Assembly: GCA_040755255.1 (NCBI GenBank)
Contig: JBFLZZ010000015.1
Location: forward strand, 1 to 32,000
DNA: 32,000 bases
DNA from: Thermodesulfobacteriota bacterium
Lineage (GTDB): Bacteria > Desulfobacterota > Desulfobulbia > Desulfobulbales > S012-135
Direction: 5' to 3'
Both the position numbers and the translations under genes were made by a program. Below the pieces are notes generated by a model that did not search any database, was not told where the DNA came from, and saw nothing but the letters and a program-made list of their open reading frames with translations. This document shows, piece after piece, positions 25,071 through 32,000 of this stretch (the stretch's first letter is position 1; each line of letters starts with the position of its first letter).

Positions 25071-25167
25071 CTCGTAATGAAGGGGGAGGGGCAACCTTCG
25101 GCGTCATCGCGAGAGCCGCAGGCCCGTGGCGATCCAGTCTGCATCCCGGTTTCCTCCATCCGGGTGC
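25071..25167. repeat. Copy A of a multi-hairpin intergenic repeat
   Basis: A 61-bp core (25107-25167) matches 27722-27782 at 54 of 61 positions by hand alignment. It is preceded by a hairpin (outer stem 25071-25078/25106-25113, inner stem GAAGG/CCTTC) equivalent to the one in copy B. Confidence 0.8.
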
Positions 25168-25354
25168 ATGCCGTCGATGGCAAACTCTTACGATACGGGT
25201 AAGTGATCACGGGGAAGCACCCGAATAACCATCCTGAACCGCGCAATTTGTAAGCGGCCACAGGGTGCGGTAGATCCGCGAAAGAGGTCTGGCCGCCATA
25301 CGCCAGGTATGCGGACGGGCCGATGACAAGGGAGATGCCGTGCCCTGTGACCGC

Positions 25355-26341
25355 TTATGACATGCAGGGGTTGAACAGGGCGAGGGTGAAGCCGCTTTCC
25401 GGCCCGGCCGCCGCCGGCAGCCGGCAGAGCAGGGCCAGGGCCTGGTGGCTGCTGCCGCCGCTCAAACGGTACAGTTCGAGCCGGCCGGCGATCCGTCCCG
25501 TGCCCGCCAATTCCTGCCATTGCCGCAGCCGCGTGTCGAGATCGGCGGCAGGGCTGCCGGGGAGGGCGGCGGCAAGGGCGGTGCGCTGCGGCCCGCTTTG
25601 CTGCCGCCATTTTGCCAGCGCCGCCGCGTCGGCCAGCCGCGGCAGTTCCACCGCGAACAGTTTCTCGACCCCGCGTCCCGATTTTTTCCAGGTATCGGTC
25701 ACCAGCTCGAAGACCTCCCGGCAGTTGGTGGCGAGCAGGGCATGGCTGTCGGCGTCGGCGAGATGCAGGTGTCCCCAGGCCCGCACCATGGCCGCCGGGT
25801 CTCCCCGATGGCCGCCGCCGGCGGCGCCGTCGTCGGTGGCGGCTTCGTCGTCATTCCCGTCTTCCCCGTGCAGCAGGCCGAAGAGCCCTGCCTGTTTGCG
25901 GCGGATCTCGCGCAACTGGCGCTGCAGGTCCGCCTCCTGCAGCCGGGAGAGCGCATCCAGCTGCAGCAGCAGGCGCGCCCGCCACAATCCTTCCCTGCTG
26001 CCGCTGTCTGCCGCCGGTACCCCGCTGCCGGCGAACCGGCCGATCAGTTCATGCACCGATTCCCCGTCGGCAAAGACGCGGCCGGCGCTCTGCGAGTAGA
26101 CGCGGCCGCGGGAATATTCCTCGCCCTGGCGGGACAGTTCCTGTATCATGGCCAGAAATCGCGGCTCGTCGTCGCCGAGCGGCGCCGGCAGCAGCCGGTC
26201 GATATGGGTTTCCAGGCCGCCGGCGGCGGTGAGGGGTTTGGCCGTCGCCTGATAGAGGCGCAAGCGGTCGAACAGGGCGAGCAACGGTGCCGCCTCTTCG
26301 TCGAAGAGCAGGATGTCGGGGAAAATCAGGGCGTTGTTCAT
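25355..26341 (-). CDS. Hypothetical 328-aa protein, family not recognised
   Basis: Long GC3-biased ORF, helical, with an acidic low-complexity centre (GEDGNDDEAATDDG). No SD precedes its ATG. Confidence 0.6.
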   Translation of the reverse strand: MNNALIFPDILLFDEEAAPLLALFDRLRLYQATAKPLTAAGGLETHIDRLLPAPLGDDEPRFLAMIQELSRQGEEYSRGRVYSQSAGRVFADGESVHELIGRFAGSGVPAADSGSREGLWRARLLLQLDALSRLQEADLQRQLREIRRKQAGLFGLLHGEDGNDDEAATDDGAAGGGHRGDPAAMVRAWGHLHLADADSHALLATNCREVFELVTDTWKKSGRGVEKLFAVELPRLADAAALAKWRQQSGPQRTALAAALPGSPAADLDTRLRQWQELAGTGRIAGRLELYRLSGGSSHQALALLCRLPAAAGPESGFTLALFNPCMS

Positions 26342-26660
26342 GGCTGGAGAAGAAAGGAAAAAGGTTGAGCGGCCGCTTCTGCTGGCGGTGCTTGCCGTGC
26401 TGTTTCTCGTGAGCAGTATCCGTTACTATCCCGGCGACCCTGCCGCGACCCTGGTCGACACCGCCCGCCATCTCCTGGCCACGGTGCCGCTGGTGCTGGG
26501 GTTCACCCTGCTGGTGCTCTCCCTCCTGCACCGCCTCGCCGGCATCGCCTTCAACCTGAGCAACGGCCTCAGGTTCTTTCTGCTGGCCGGACTCTTCGTC
26601 GAATTCCTCTACGGCATCTACCATTACCTGACGGTGAGCGGGGGGCTGCCGCCCTCCTGA
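26340..26660 (+). CDS. Small membrane protein (about 106 aa, about 3 TM spans), unknown family
   Basis: Typical codon bias and three hydrophobic segments. Candidate starts are ATG 26340 or ATG 26313. Both overlap the divergent gene's start region. Confidence 0.55.
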   Translation: MAGEERKKVERPLLLAVLAVLFLVSSIRYYPGDPAATLVDTARHLLATVPLVLGFTLLVLSLLHRLAGIAFNLSNGLRFFLLAGLFVEFLYGIYHYLTVSGGLPPS

Positions 26661-26702
26661 GCGGGGCGCTGCCTCTGCTTCGTTTCCCGGCCGCCGTGCG
26701 GC

Positions 26703-27497
26703 TCAGCGGATCATCGATCCCTTGCGGTGCACCCCGGAGGGGGAGGTGGTGTTGGGGAACAGCATGCAGCGCGGCTGCAGCAGGGTGCCGGGGTTGGTCA
26801 CCGAGTTGCAGCCGGTCTGGACGTCGTCGCCCATGATCGCCCCCAGCTTGCGCAAACCGGTATCCACCGAGGAATCGCTGGTCTTCACCGAGACGGTGCC
26901 GGGAACGAAGCGCAGGTTGGCCAGTTTGGTGCCGGCGCCGAGATTCACCCGGTTGCCGAGGATGGAATCGCCCAGATAGGCGAAGTGGCCCGCCTTGGCG
27001 TCATCGAGGAAGATCGTGTTCTTGATTTCGGTGGTGTGGCCGAGGACGCAGCGGTCGCCGGTGGCGCAGTTGCCGCGGACGTAAGCCCCCTGGCGGATCT
27101 CGGTGCAGTCGCCGATCCATACCGGCCCCTTGATCATCGCCCCGCTCTCCACCAGTACCCCCCTGCCCAGGACGATGCCGTTGCCGATGAGAACGGCGCC
27201 GGCCATGATCACCGTCGCCCCCTCCAGGAGTATGCCGCCGCTGCTTACCAGCAGCCGGCCCTTGGTGGCGTCGTCGAAGACGATGTCCGTCGGTTCCATG
27301 ACGATCCTGCCCTGGTGCAGCACGACGTGGTCGGTCAGGCCTCTGCCGGAGCACAGGGAACGGGGGATCTGTTCCCCGGCCTGCTGTTCCAGGAAGGACG
27401 GCAGCCGGCGCAGGGCCTCCCACACCGGCAGATCGCGATCGAACAGCGGTGCCAGCCGGGACGGGATGGTGTCGAAAAAGGTTCTCGGGGTCAGCAT
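26703..27497 (-). CDS. Left-handed beta-helix (hexapeptide-repeat) transferase-like protein
   Basis: Start set to ATG 27497 (MLTPRTFFD...). There are repeated [LIV]-G-x4 hexapeptides through residues about 90-230 (VIMAGAVLIGNGIVLGRGVLVESGAMIKGPVWIGDCTEIRQGAYVRGN...). Confidence 0.8.
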   Translation of the reverse strand: MLTPRTFFDTIPSRLAPLFDRDLPVWEALRRLPSFLEQQAGEQIPRSLCSGRGLTDHVVLHQGRIVMEPTDIVFDDATKGRLLVSSGGILLEGATVIMAGAVLIGNGIVLGRGVLVESGAMIKGPVWIGDCTEIRQGAYVRGNCATGDRCVLGHTTEIKNTIFLDDAKAGHFAYLGDSILGNRVNLGAGTKLANLRFVPGTVSVKTSDSSVDTGLRKLGAIMGDDVQTGCNSVTNPGTLLQPRCMLFPNTTSPSGVHRKGSMIR

Positions 27498-27691
27498 GGC
27501 GGCGCAATCTCCTGTTAGGTTTCCCCCAGGGTTATACCGCAAACCGGGCAAAGGGAAAGAGGAATTTTGCGGACGGTGGGTCGCGGGCAGGGGAAGCTTG
27601 CCGGCGGCGGTGTTCTGCCCATTCCGACGCTCCGGGAATTGTCGCGTAGAGGTGGGATCGAGGCCGGACTGGATCGTTTCGTCGCCTTGCA

Positions 27692-27782
27692 CTTGCGAAG
27701 ACGGGGAAATCTCCGTCGATTTCGCGAGGGCCGCAGGCCCGTGGCGATTCAATCAGCATCCCCGATTCCTCCATCCGGATGC
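27692..27782. repeat. Copy B of the multi-hairpin intergenic repeat
   Basis: The core 27722-27782 is about 88 percent identical to copy A. The preceding hairpin is CTTGCGAA-GACGG-loop-CCGTC-(gat)-TTCGCGAG. It has the same orientation as copy A. Confidence 0.8.
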
Positions 27783-27882
27783 CACCGGCCATGGGCAACT
27801 CACGCAATCGCAGGGATCGCGGCTTGGATGGGATTCACGGGCGATCCTTCTCCGAAAAAGTCATGGTCGATTCGGAATGGAT

Positions 27883-27908
27883 GCCGGAAAAGTCAAGGCC
27901 TTTCCGGC
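27883..27908 (-). terminator. Stem-loop just after the tag stop (possible terminator without a clear U-tract)
   Basis: GCCGGAAA (27883-27890) / TTTCCGGC (27901-27908): an 8-bp stem with a 10-nt loop, 8 nt downstream of the tag stop. Confidence 0.35.
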
Positions 27909-27915
27909 CCCGCCG

Positions 27916-28503
27916 TCACCCCGCAAGCTCCCGCCAGCGGAAACAGTCGGTGGTGTGGTCGTTGACCATGCCCACTGCCTGCATGTGGGCGTAGCAGATG
28001 GTGGAGCCGACGAAGCGGAAGCCCCGCCCCTTGAGGTCGCGACTGAGCGCGTCGGAGATCGGCGAGGTGGCGGGGATCTCTTCGATGCGCCGCCAGCCAT
28101 TCCGGATCGGTCTGCCGTCGACGAAGCGCCACATGTAGTCGGCAAACGAACCGAACTCCTGCCGCACCGCCAGGAAGGCGCGGGCGTTGCTGATCGCCGC
28201 CGCGATCTTCAAGCGGTTGCGGACGATGCCGGGGTTGGCGAGCAGCGCCGCCACCTCGGTATCGCCGAAGCGGGCCACCCGTTCGGGGTCGAAATCGGCG
28301 AAGGCGGCCCGGTAGTTTTCCCGCTTTTTGAGGATGGTGAGCCAGGAAAGGCCGGCCTGCGCCCCCTCCAGGGTCAGGAACTCGAACAGCCGCCGGTCGT
28401 CGAAAACCGGCACCCCCCATTCCCGGTCGTGGTAGTCCCGGTAGAGGGGGTCGCTGCCCGCCCAGGCGCAGCGCACAACTCCGGATGGGGTTTTCTCCTG
28501 CAT
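27916..28503 (-). CDS. tag: DNA-3-methyladenine glycosylase I
   Basis: RCAWAGSDPLYRDYHDREWGVP, FEFLTLEGAQAGLSW and CYAHMQAVGMVNDH motifs. Confidence 0.95.
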   Translation of the reverse strand: MQEKTPSGVVRCAWAGSDPLYRDYHDREWGVPVFDDRRLFEFLTLEGAQAGLSWLTILKKRENYRAAFADFDPERVARFGDTEVAALLANPGIVRNRLKIAAAISNARAFLAVRQEFGSFADYMWRFVDGRPIRNGWRRIEEIPATSPISDALSRDLKGRGFRFVGSTICYAHMQAVGMVNDHTTDCFRWRELAG

Positions 28504-28552
28504 GGGTCGGCTCAGTCCCGGCCGCGGGTCAGATAGTCGAGAATCTGCGCCA

Positions 28553-28987
28553 TCAGCAATCGATCTTTTTCCGCAGTGCCTTGCTCTCGCCGCGCTGTTT
28601 CTTGGCGTCCAGCCGCCGCTGCCGCGCCGCCCGGCCGGGCCGGGTGGGCCGCCGCCGTTTCGGGATGAAGGTCGCCTCGGCGATCAGTTCGGCGAGCCGC
28701 CGCAGCGCCTCCGCTCGATTCTGCTCCCGGCTTCTGAACTCCTGGGCCTTGATCACCACCACCCCCTCCGCCGTGATCCGTCCGTCCGCAAAGCGCAGCA
28801 GTCTGGTCTTGTGCTGTTCGGGCAGGGAGGAGGCGTGGATGTCGAAGCGCAGGTGCACGGCGGTCGAGGCCTTGTCGCCGTGCTGGCCGCCCGGTCCCTG
28901 GGCGCGGACCTGGCAGAACTCGATCTCGGATTCGGCAAGGGCGAGGGTGGCGGTGATCCGCAGCTGTTTTTCCTGAGAGGCAGACAT
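28553..28987 (-). CDS. arfB: Alternative ribosome-rescue factor ArfB (YaeJ-type peptidyl-tRNA hydrolase)
   Basis: GGQ motif region RAQGPGGQHGDKASTAVHLRFDI plus a basic C-terminal tail (KRRRPTRPGRAARQRRLDAKKQRG). Confidence 0.9.
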   Translation of the reverse strand: MSASQEKQLRITATLALAESEIEFCQVRAQGPGGQHGDKASTAVHLRFDIHASSLPEQHKTRLLRFADGRITAEGVVVIKAQEFRSREQNRAEALRRLAELIAEATFIPKRRRPTRPGRAARQRRLDAKKQRGESKALRKKIDC

Positions 28988-29055
28988 GGTGGGAAGGGCT
29001 GTCTCCCCCGGGATGGCGATGCTGACCGGGGGAAACGGAAATTGGTGCTCTAGTG

Positions 29056-29244
29056 TTATTCGCGACCGATTCTTTTCGGGTCTGTCCCGGCTATCTCGAA
29101 CATCGTTTCCAGGCGGACAAGCCTGTCGTTGATCCGGCGCAGATCGTCGTCCATTCGGTCAACCTTGTTCATGAGGGTAGTGAGTCGTTCACTCATCACC
29201 AACCCGCCGCGTAATGCCTCCAGGATCTTTTCACTGACGCTCAC
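29056..29244 (-). CDS. Small coiled-coil protein (62 aa from GTG 29244, or 46 aa from ATG 29196)
   Basis: The GTG at 29244 has GGAGG 6 nt upstream. The heptad-like sequence KVDRMDDDLRRINDRLVRLETMFE is paralogous to the C-terminal tail of the upstream RHH protein. Confidence 0.45.
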   Translation of the reverse strand: MSVSEKILEALRGGLVMSERLTTLMNKVDRMDDDLRRINDRLVRLETMFEIAGTDPKRIGRE

Positions 29245-29527
29245 GGCTGGCCTCCAGGATTTTTTCGTGGGTGGAATCCAATTTTTTTTCCAGTTCATCC
29301 ATCCGCCGGACCACTTCCTGGGCGGTTTGCCGCAGAGTGTCGGCCAAGGCCTCCAGGATGGCCATATCGCCCTCCGAAACTTTATGGTCGAAGGCGTTCA
29401 CCGCCTCGCGAACCACCTCGGCGAAGGAAACCTTCCTCTCCTGCGCGATCCGTTCGAGCCGCCGGATCATGCTCGGTGGCATCAGGACGGGTTTCCGCTG
29501 CATTGTCTCGTGTTGGGGTGTTGCCAT
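29231..29527 (-). CDS. Ribbon-helix-helix (CopG/Arc-like) DNA-binding protein with a coiled-coil tail
   Basis: Start set to ATG 29527 (GGAGGA 5 nt upstream). The RHH pattern is KPVLMPPSMIRRLERIAQERKVSFAEVVREAV, followed by a helical tail. Confidence 0.7.
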   Translation of the reverse strand: MATPQHETMQRKPVLMPPSMIRRLERIAQERKVSFAEVVREAVNAFDHKVSEGDMAILEALADTLRQTAQEVVRRMDELEKKLDSTHEKILEASRERQ

Positions 29528-29674
29528 GAATTCCTCCATGTCGGGGGTGTCCTTAAACGTCATCGTAGCGCATGCGCAGGCCATGTGCAACAGGAGCCGC
29601 CGCACCTGGACGGAAGGCAACCCCGGGCGGGGCCAATTTTTTTCGGCGACTGTCGTTGAGCCGCCCGTCGGGGC

Positions 29675-30106
29675 TCATGGCCAGCGGGGGCGGGTGTCCG
29701 GGGGTGGACCGCCGGCATCGGGGCCGGCTGGTGGAGGCATGTCCCGGCGGGCGAGCTCGATCTTGTCGACCAGTTCGTCGAGTTCGATGGGTTTCAGGCA
29801 GTAGTCATAGGCGCCGTGCTCGATGCCCTGCACCCCGCACTGGATGGAGGCGTGGCCGGAAAGCAGCAGTACCGCGGTGCGCGGCCATTTCTGCCGGATT
29901 TCCTTGAGCAGCAGCAGGCCGCTCCGGTCCGGCAGCATGACGTCGAGAATCACCACGTCCACCGGGCGATTCTCGAGGATCCGGCCGGCGCCGGCGCAGT
30001 CCGTCGCGGTCTCTACGGCGTAGCCGCGCCGTAGCAGCCGTTTTTCCGTGGCGTCGAGGAAATCCTTTTCATCGTCGACAAGCAGCAGCTGCAGGGTTTT
30101 GGTCAT
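29675..30106 (-). CDS. Stand-alone CheY-like response regulator receiver with a Pro-rich tail
   Basis: Only the last 143 codons of the 700-aa ORF are credible: MTKTLQLLLVDDEKD...VILDVMLPDRSG...LLLSGH...CLKPI. GGAGGT RBS. ATGA overlap with the upstream gene stop. Confidence 0.85.
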   Translation of the reverse strand: MTKTLQLLLVDDEKDFLDATEKRLLRRGYAVETATDCAGAGRILENRPVDVVILDVMLPDRSGLLLLKEIRQKWPRTAVLLLSGHASIQCGVQGIEHGAYDYCLKPIELDELVDKIELARRDMPPPAGPDAGGPPPDTRPRWP

Positions 30107-32000
30107 TGTAGTACCTCCGTGAGTGCGGTTTCCGGCAGAATCTTGGCGAGATCGGCGGTTATCCTGCGGCGGTAGCGGTCGATGGAGTCGCCGTCCGCCA
30201 TCACCATGTCGATCTGGCGGGTATGGATGAGCAGGTAGCCGAGGGCGACGAGGCGGGAGCGTAAAAACTCGGCCGGCCGTTTTTCCAGACGGGCGGTGAG
30301 GGTGTCGCGGACCGTCTCCACCCGGAAATCGAACCGGTCCAGGATCTCCGCCAGGAGATTGATCCGCAGGAAACGGCGCCTCTCGTCGGCGGCCCCTCCC
30401 TTGAATTGGAAGCTGACGTAGTTTTCCGTCTGGTACTCCCCCAGGTTCGCCTCGGCCAGGGCGAAATGGTAGCCGAGGCGGACGCTCAGGTTGCAGAAGT
30501 TCCGGGAGATGAGAAAGTAGTTTTTCCCCCCCATGCCCGATCGCACCGCCGGGTCGAGGCGGGGGTTCATGGTGGACTGGAAGATGATCGAACCCAGGCC
30601 GCCCAGGCTGACCGGCGGCGGACCCTGCCAGGGCAGAGCGGTCATCCCCTGCCAGATCGCCAGCATCGGCCGGGAGACGATCTGGGCGATATCGACGAAG
30701 TGGCCGGCCGGGTCGACGCCGTCGGCAAAACCGTCGTCCAGGTTGATGATCCACCACTGGAAAGGGGTGTCGACCACCAGCTGCTTGGCGGCGCGATGAT
30801 CGAAACCGTAACGGCCGCCGAGATCGAACATCTCCTGCACCGCCTTTTCGTGGCAGAAACGGGTGATGTCGTGCAGGGTCTGGCAGGCAGCGGGGCTGAA
30901 GAAGGGTGAGGCCGGATCGGTGAGGTTTAAGGGGGTGATGTGCCGGAGGGTCTCCTTGAGGATGGTATGCACCGGGCTGCCGGTCATCAGATCCGGTTTG
31001 GCGCGGCCGGCGGCGAGGATCTCCTCGACCCTGCCGGCGAAGACGCGGCGGCCGCCGGCGTCGAGGGTGACCAGGTCGCCGTTGTCGAGAACGGCACAGG
31101 CGCCGGCGGCGTTGAAGAGGGCCGGCACCCCGAATTCCCGGGCGACGGTGGCGAGATGGGCGGCGCTCTGGCCGGTTTCGCTGATGATGCCGGCGGCGCG
31201 GTTGACCAGTACCGCGTACTCCGGCGCCGGCGAGGGGACGACCAGGATCGCGTCCCTGGGAAACTGCAGGAGATCGACGGAAGAGCGTACCTTGTGCACC
31301 GGGCCGCAGGCCGCGCCGCGGCTGGCGGTGATCCCCCGGGCGATGAGCGGCGGCGGCAGGCCGGCGGGCAGGGGCGGCGGCGTGTTGCCGGCCGCGTCGA
31401 GCAGGGTGTCGTCCAGGGCGCGGCTCTGCAGGATGTAGAGTTTGCCGGTCCGGTCGAAGGACCATTCGATGTCCTGGGGGTGGCCGAAGTGCTCTTCCAG
31501 GCGCATGGCGACCCCGGCGAGTTCCGCCAGACGGCCGCGGTCGAGGAGCGGCATCGGTTCGCCGGCGGGGTCCCGACCGCGGCGGGCGCTGACGTCGGTG
31601 TGCACGATGTCGTGGGGCGGCTTGCGGCAGAGGAGGTAGAGGTCGGCGGGGGCGCTGCCGTCCACGGCGCGGGAGGCGAGGCCGGCGACGGCATGCACCG
31701 CCATCCGTTCCCCGGATTCGCGGGTATAGAGGATGCCGCTGACCTCGGCGTCGACCATCGCCAGACAGCCGACGCACATGGTCACGTCCTGATGGCGGAA
31801 CCCGCGCTGCTGCCGGTAGAGGATGGCCTGGCTCCGGTATTTGCCGGCGAGGATGTCCTTGTAGGTCTGGCCGAGGAGGTCGGCATGGACGTCGAGCTGG
31901 GTGCGGTACTGGCCGGCGAAGGAGACCTGCATGCCGTCTTCGCCCAGGGCACTGGAACGCATGGCCACCGGGATCTCGCCGCCGCTTTCGGCGGCGAGAC
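30103..32000 (-). CDS. PEP-utilizing (pyruvate,water-dikinase-like) protein: ATP-grasp PEP/pyruvate-binding N-domain + swivel His domain + unknown roughly 300-aa C-terminal domain; N-terminus lies beyond the window
   Basis: VAMRSSALGEDGMQVSFAGQY (PPDK_N signature), IEWSFDRTGKLYILQSRAL, and mobile-domain His in ETGQSAAHLATVAREFGVPA. The frame stays open to position 32000. Confidence 0.85.
   Translation of the reverse strand, partial: LAAESGGEIPVAMRSSALGEDGMQVSFAGQYRTQLDVHADLLGQTYKDILAGKYRSQAILYRQQRGFRHQDVTMCVGCLAMVDAEVSGILYTRESGERMAVHAVAGLASRAVDGSAPADLYLLCRKPPHDIVHTDVSARRGRDPAGEPMPLLDRGRLAELAGVAMRLEEHFGHPQDIEWSFDRTGKLYILQSRALDDTLLDAAGNTPPPLPAGLPPPLIARGITASRGAACGPVHKVRSSVDLLQFPRDAILVVPSPAPEYAVLVNRAAGIISETGQSAAHLATVAREFGVPALFNAAGACAVLDNGDLVTLDAGGRRVFAGRVEEILAAGRAKPDLMTGSPVHTILKETLRHITPLNLTDPASPFFSPAACQTLHDITRFCHEKAVQEMFDLGGRYGFDHRAAKQLVVDTPFQWWIINLDDGFADGVDPAGHFVDIAQIVSRPMLAIWQGMTALPWQGPPPVSLGGLGSIIFQSTMNPRLDPAVRSGMGGKNYFLISRNFCNLSVRLGYHFALAEANLGEYQTENYVSFQFKGGAADERRRFLRINLLAEILDRFDFRVETVRDTLTARLEKRPAEFLRSRLVALGYLLIHTRQIDMVMADGDSIDRYRRRITADLAKILPETALTEVLQ

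Noticed and set aside
25107-25167. Small ORFs starting at the GGAGGAA-n6-ATG on the minus strand of both repeat copies (MQTGSPRACGS... / MLIESPRACGP...)
   Set aside because: Similarity between the two peptides stops at the edge of the nucleotide repeat. The reading frames run into antisense or intergenic sequence with non-coding composition. The SD-like string is better explained as a hairpin loop of the repeat.
25150-25215. GGCAAAC...ACG... strings in the repeat extension, which briefly suggested a GEMM-I (c-di-GMP/cGAMP) riboswitch
   Set aside because: The order and spacing of the conserved blocks (GGCAAA - hairpin - GACGCAAAGC - CCGG ... GGUUGCCG) are not reproduced in either copy, and there is no downstream gene in the right orientation.
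25032-25316. 11-nt direct repeat GGTATGCGGAC (25032-25042 and 25306-25316) flanking repeat copy A, and a 9-bp inverted repeat CCATTCCGA/TCGGAATGG (27619-27627 / 27872-27880) flanking copy B. These could be target-site duplication or terminal inverted repeats of a MITE.
   Set aside because: The two copies do not share the same kind of flank (direct versus inverted). The 9-bp inverted repeat is within chance expectation for a 400-bp region. No transposase is present. I kept this only as a weak hint.
30107-31777. N-terminal 557 codons of the 700-aa minus-strand ORF
   Set aside because: This part is out of frame over the PEP-utilizing gene and extremely rich in Arg and Pro. Only the last 143 codons (the CheY-like receiver, with its own SD and ATG at 30106) look real.
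1-32000. Search for CRISPR arrays, tRNA/rRNA/tmRNA, integrases, transposases, phage genes or known defence-system hallmarks
   Set aside because: I could see no regularly spaced direct repeats, no cloverleaf-like segments and no recombinase or nuclease-type ORFs. The DinG-family helicase sits in a housekeeping context (ispB, usp) with no partner genes typical of defence islands.

Overview
This is a GC-rich, densely coding chromosomal segment with strong GC3 bias and many long antisense shadow ORFs. The gene content looks like an anaerobic deltaproteobacterium (Desulfuromonas/Geobacter-like). That taxonomic guess is inference only. I saw no rRNA, tRNA, CRISPR array, transposase or integrase. 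All product calls come from motifs read by eye in the supplied translations; no database search was run.

Gene content, left to right:
- a TlpA-like thiol:disulfide oxidoreductase and an MFS transporter
- a cytoplasmic REC-GAF-histidine kinase followed by a FliK-C-terminal-like protein
- a compact five-gene sulfur-trafficking cluster (yedE/yeeE-like, tusA-like, dsrE-like and two tiny proteins, one of them a 57-aa ORF missing from the ORF track)
- an orphan Cys-containing protein, a HIT protein and a HEAT-repeat protein
- a textbook anaerobe oxidative-stress operon (perR-rbr-dfx-ftn-fprA) with a near-consensus Fur/PerR box
- a sulfurylase-like/APS-kinase fusion whose sulfurylase motifs are degenerate, then bioH-like/bioC/bioD
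- a YgaV/BigR/SqrR-like two-Cys ArsR regulator with a LolA-like protein and a DUF2892 membrane protein
- SAM hydrolase (DUF62)/YibQ-like/IspB/DinG, then UspA
- an unknown 328-aa protein head-to-head with a small membrane protein, then a hexapeptide-repeat transferase
- Tag, ArfB, and an RHH protein with a paralogous small coiled-coil protein
- a CheY-like regulator translationally coupled to a PEP-utilizing (dikinase-like) protein with an unknown C-terminal domain

The most interesting items:
- the miniaturised YedE-TusA-DsrE(FH)-like cluster
- the second persulfide-type module (ygaV-like)
- the degenerate sulfurylase domain
- the dikinase-like/CheY/RHH block
- a roughly 100-nt multi-hairpin repeat present twice, with a compensatory base-pair change between the copies
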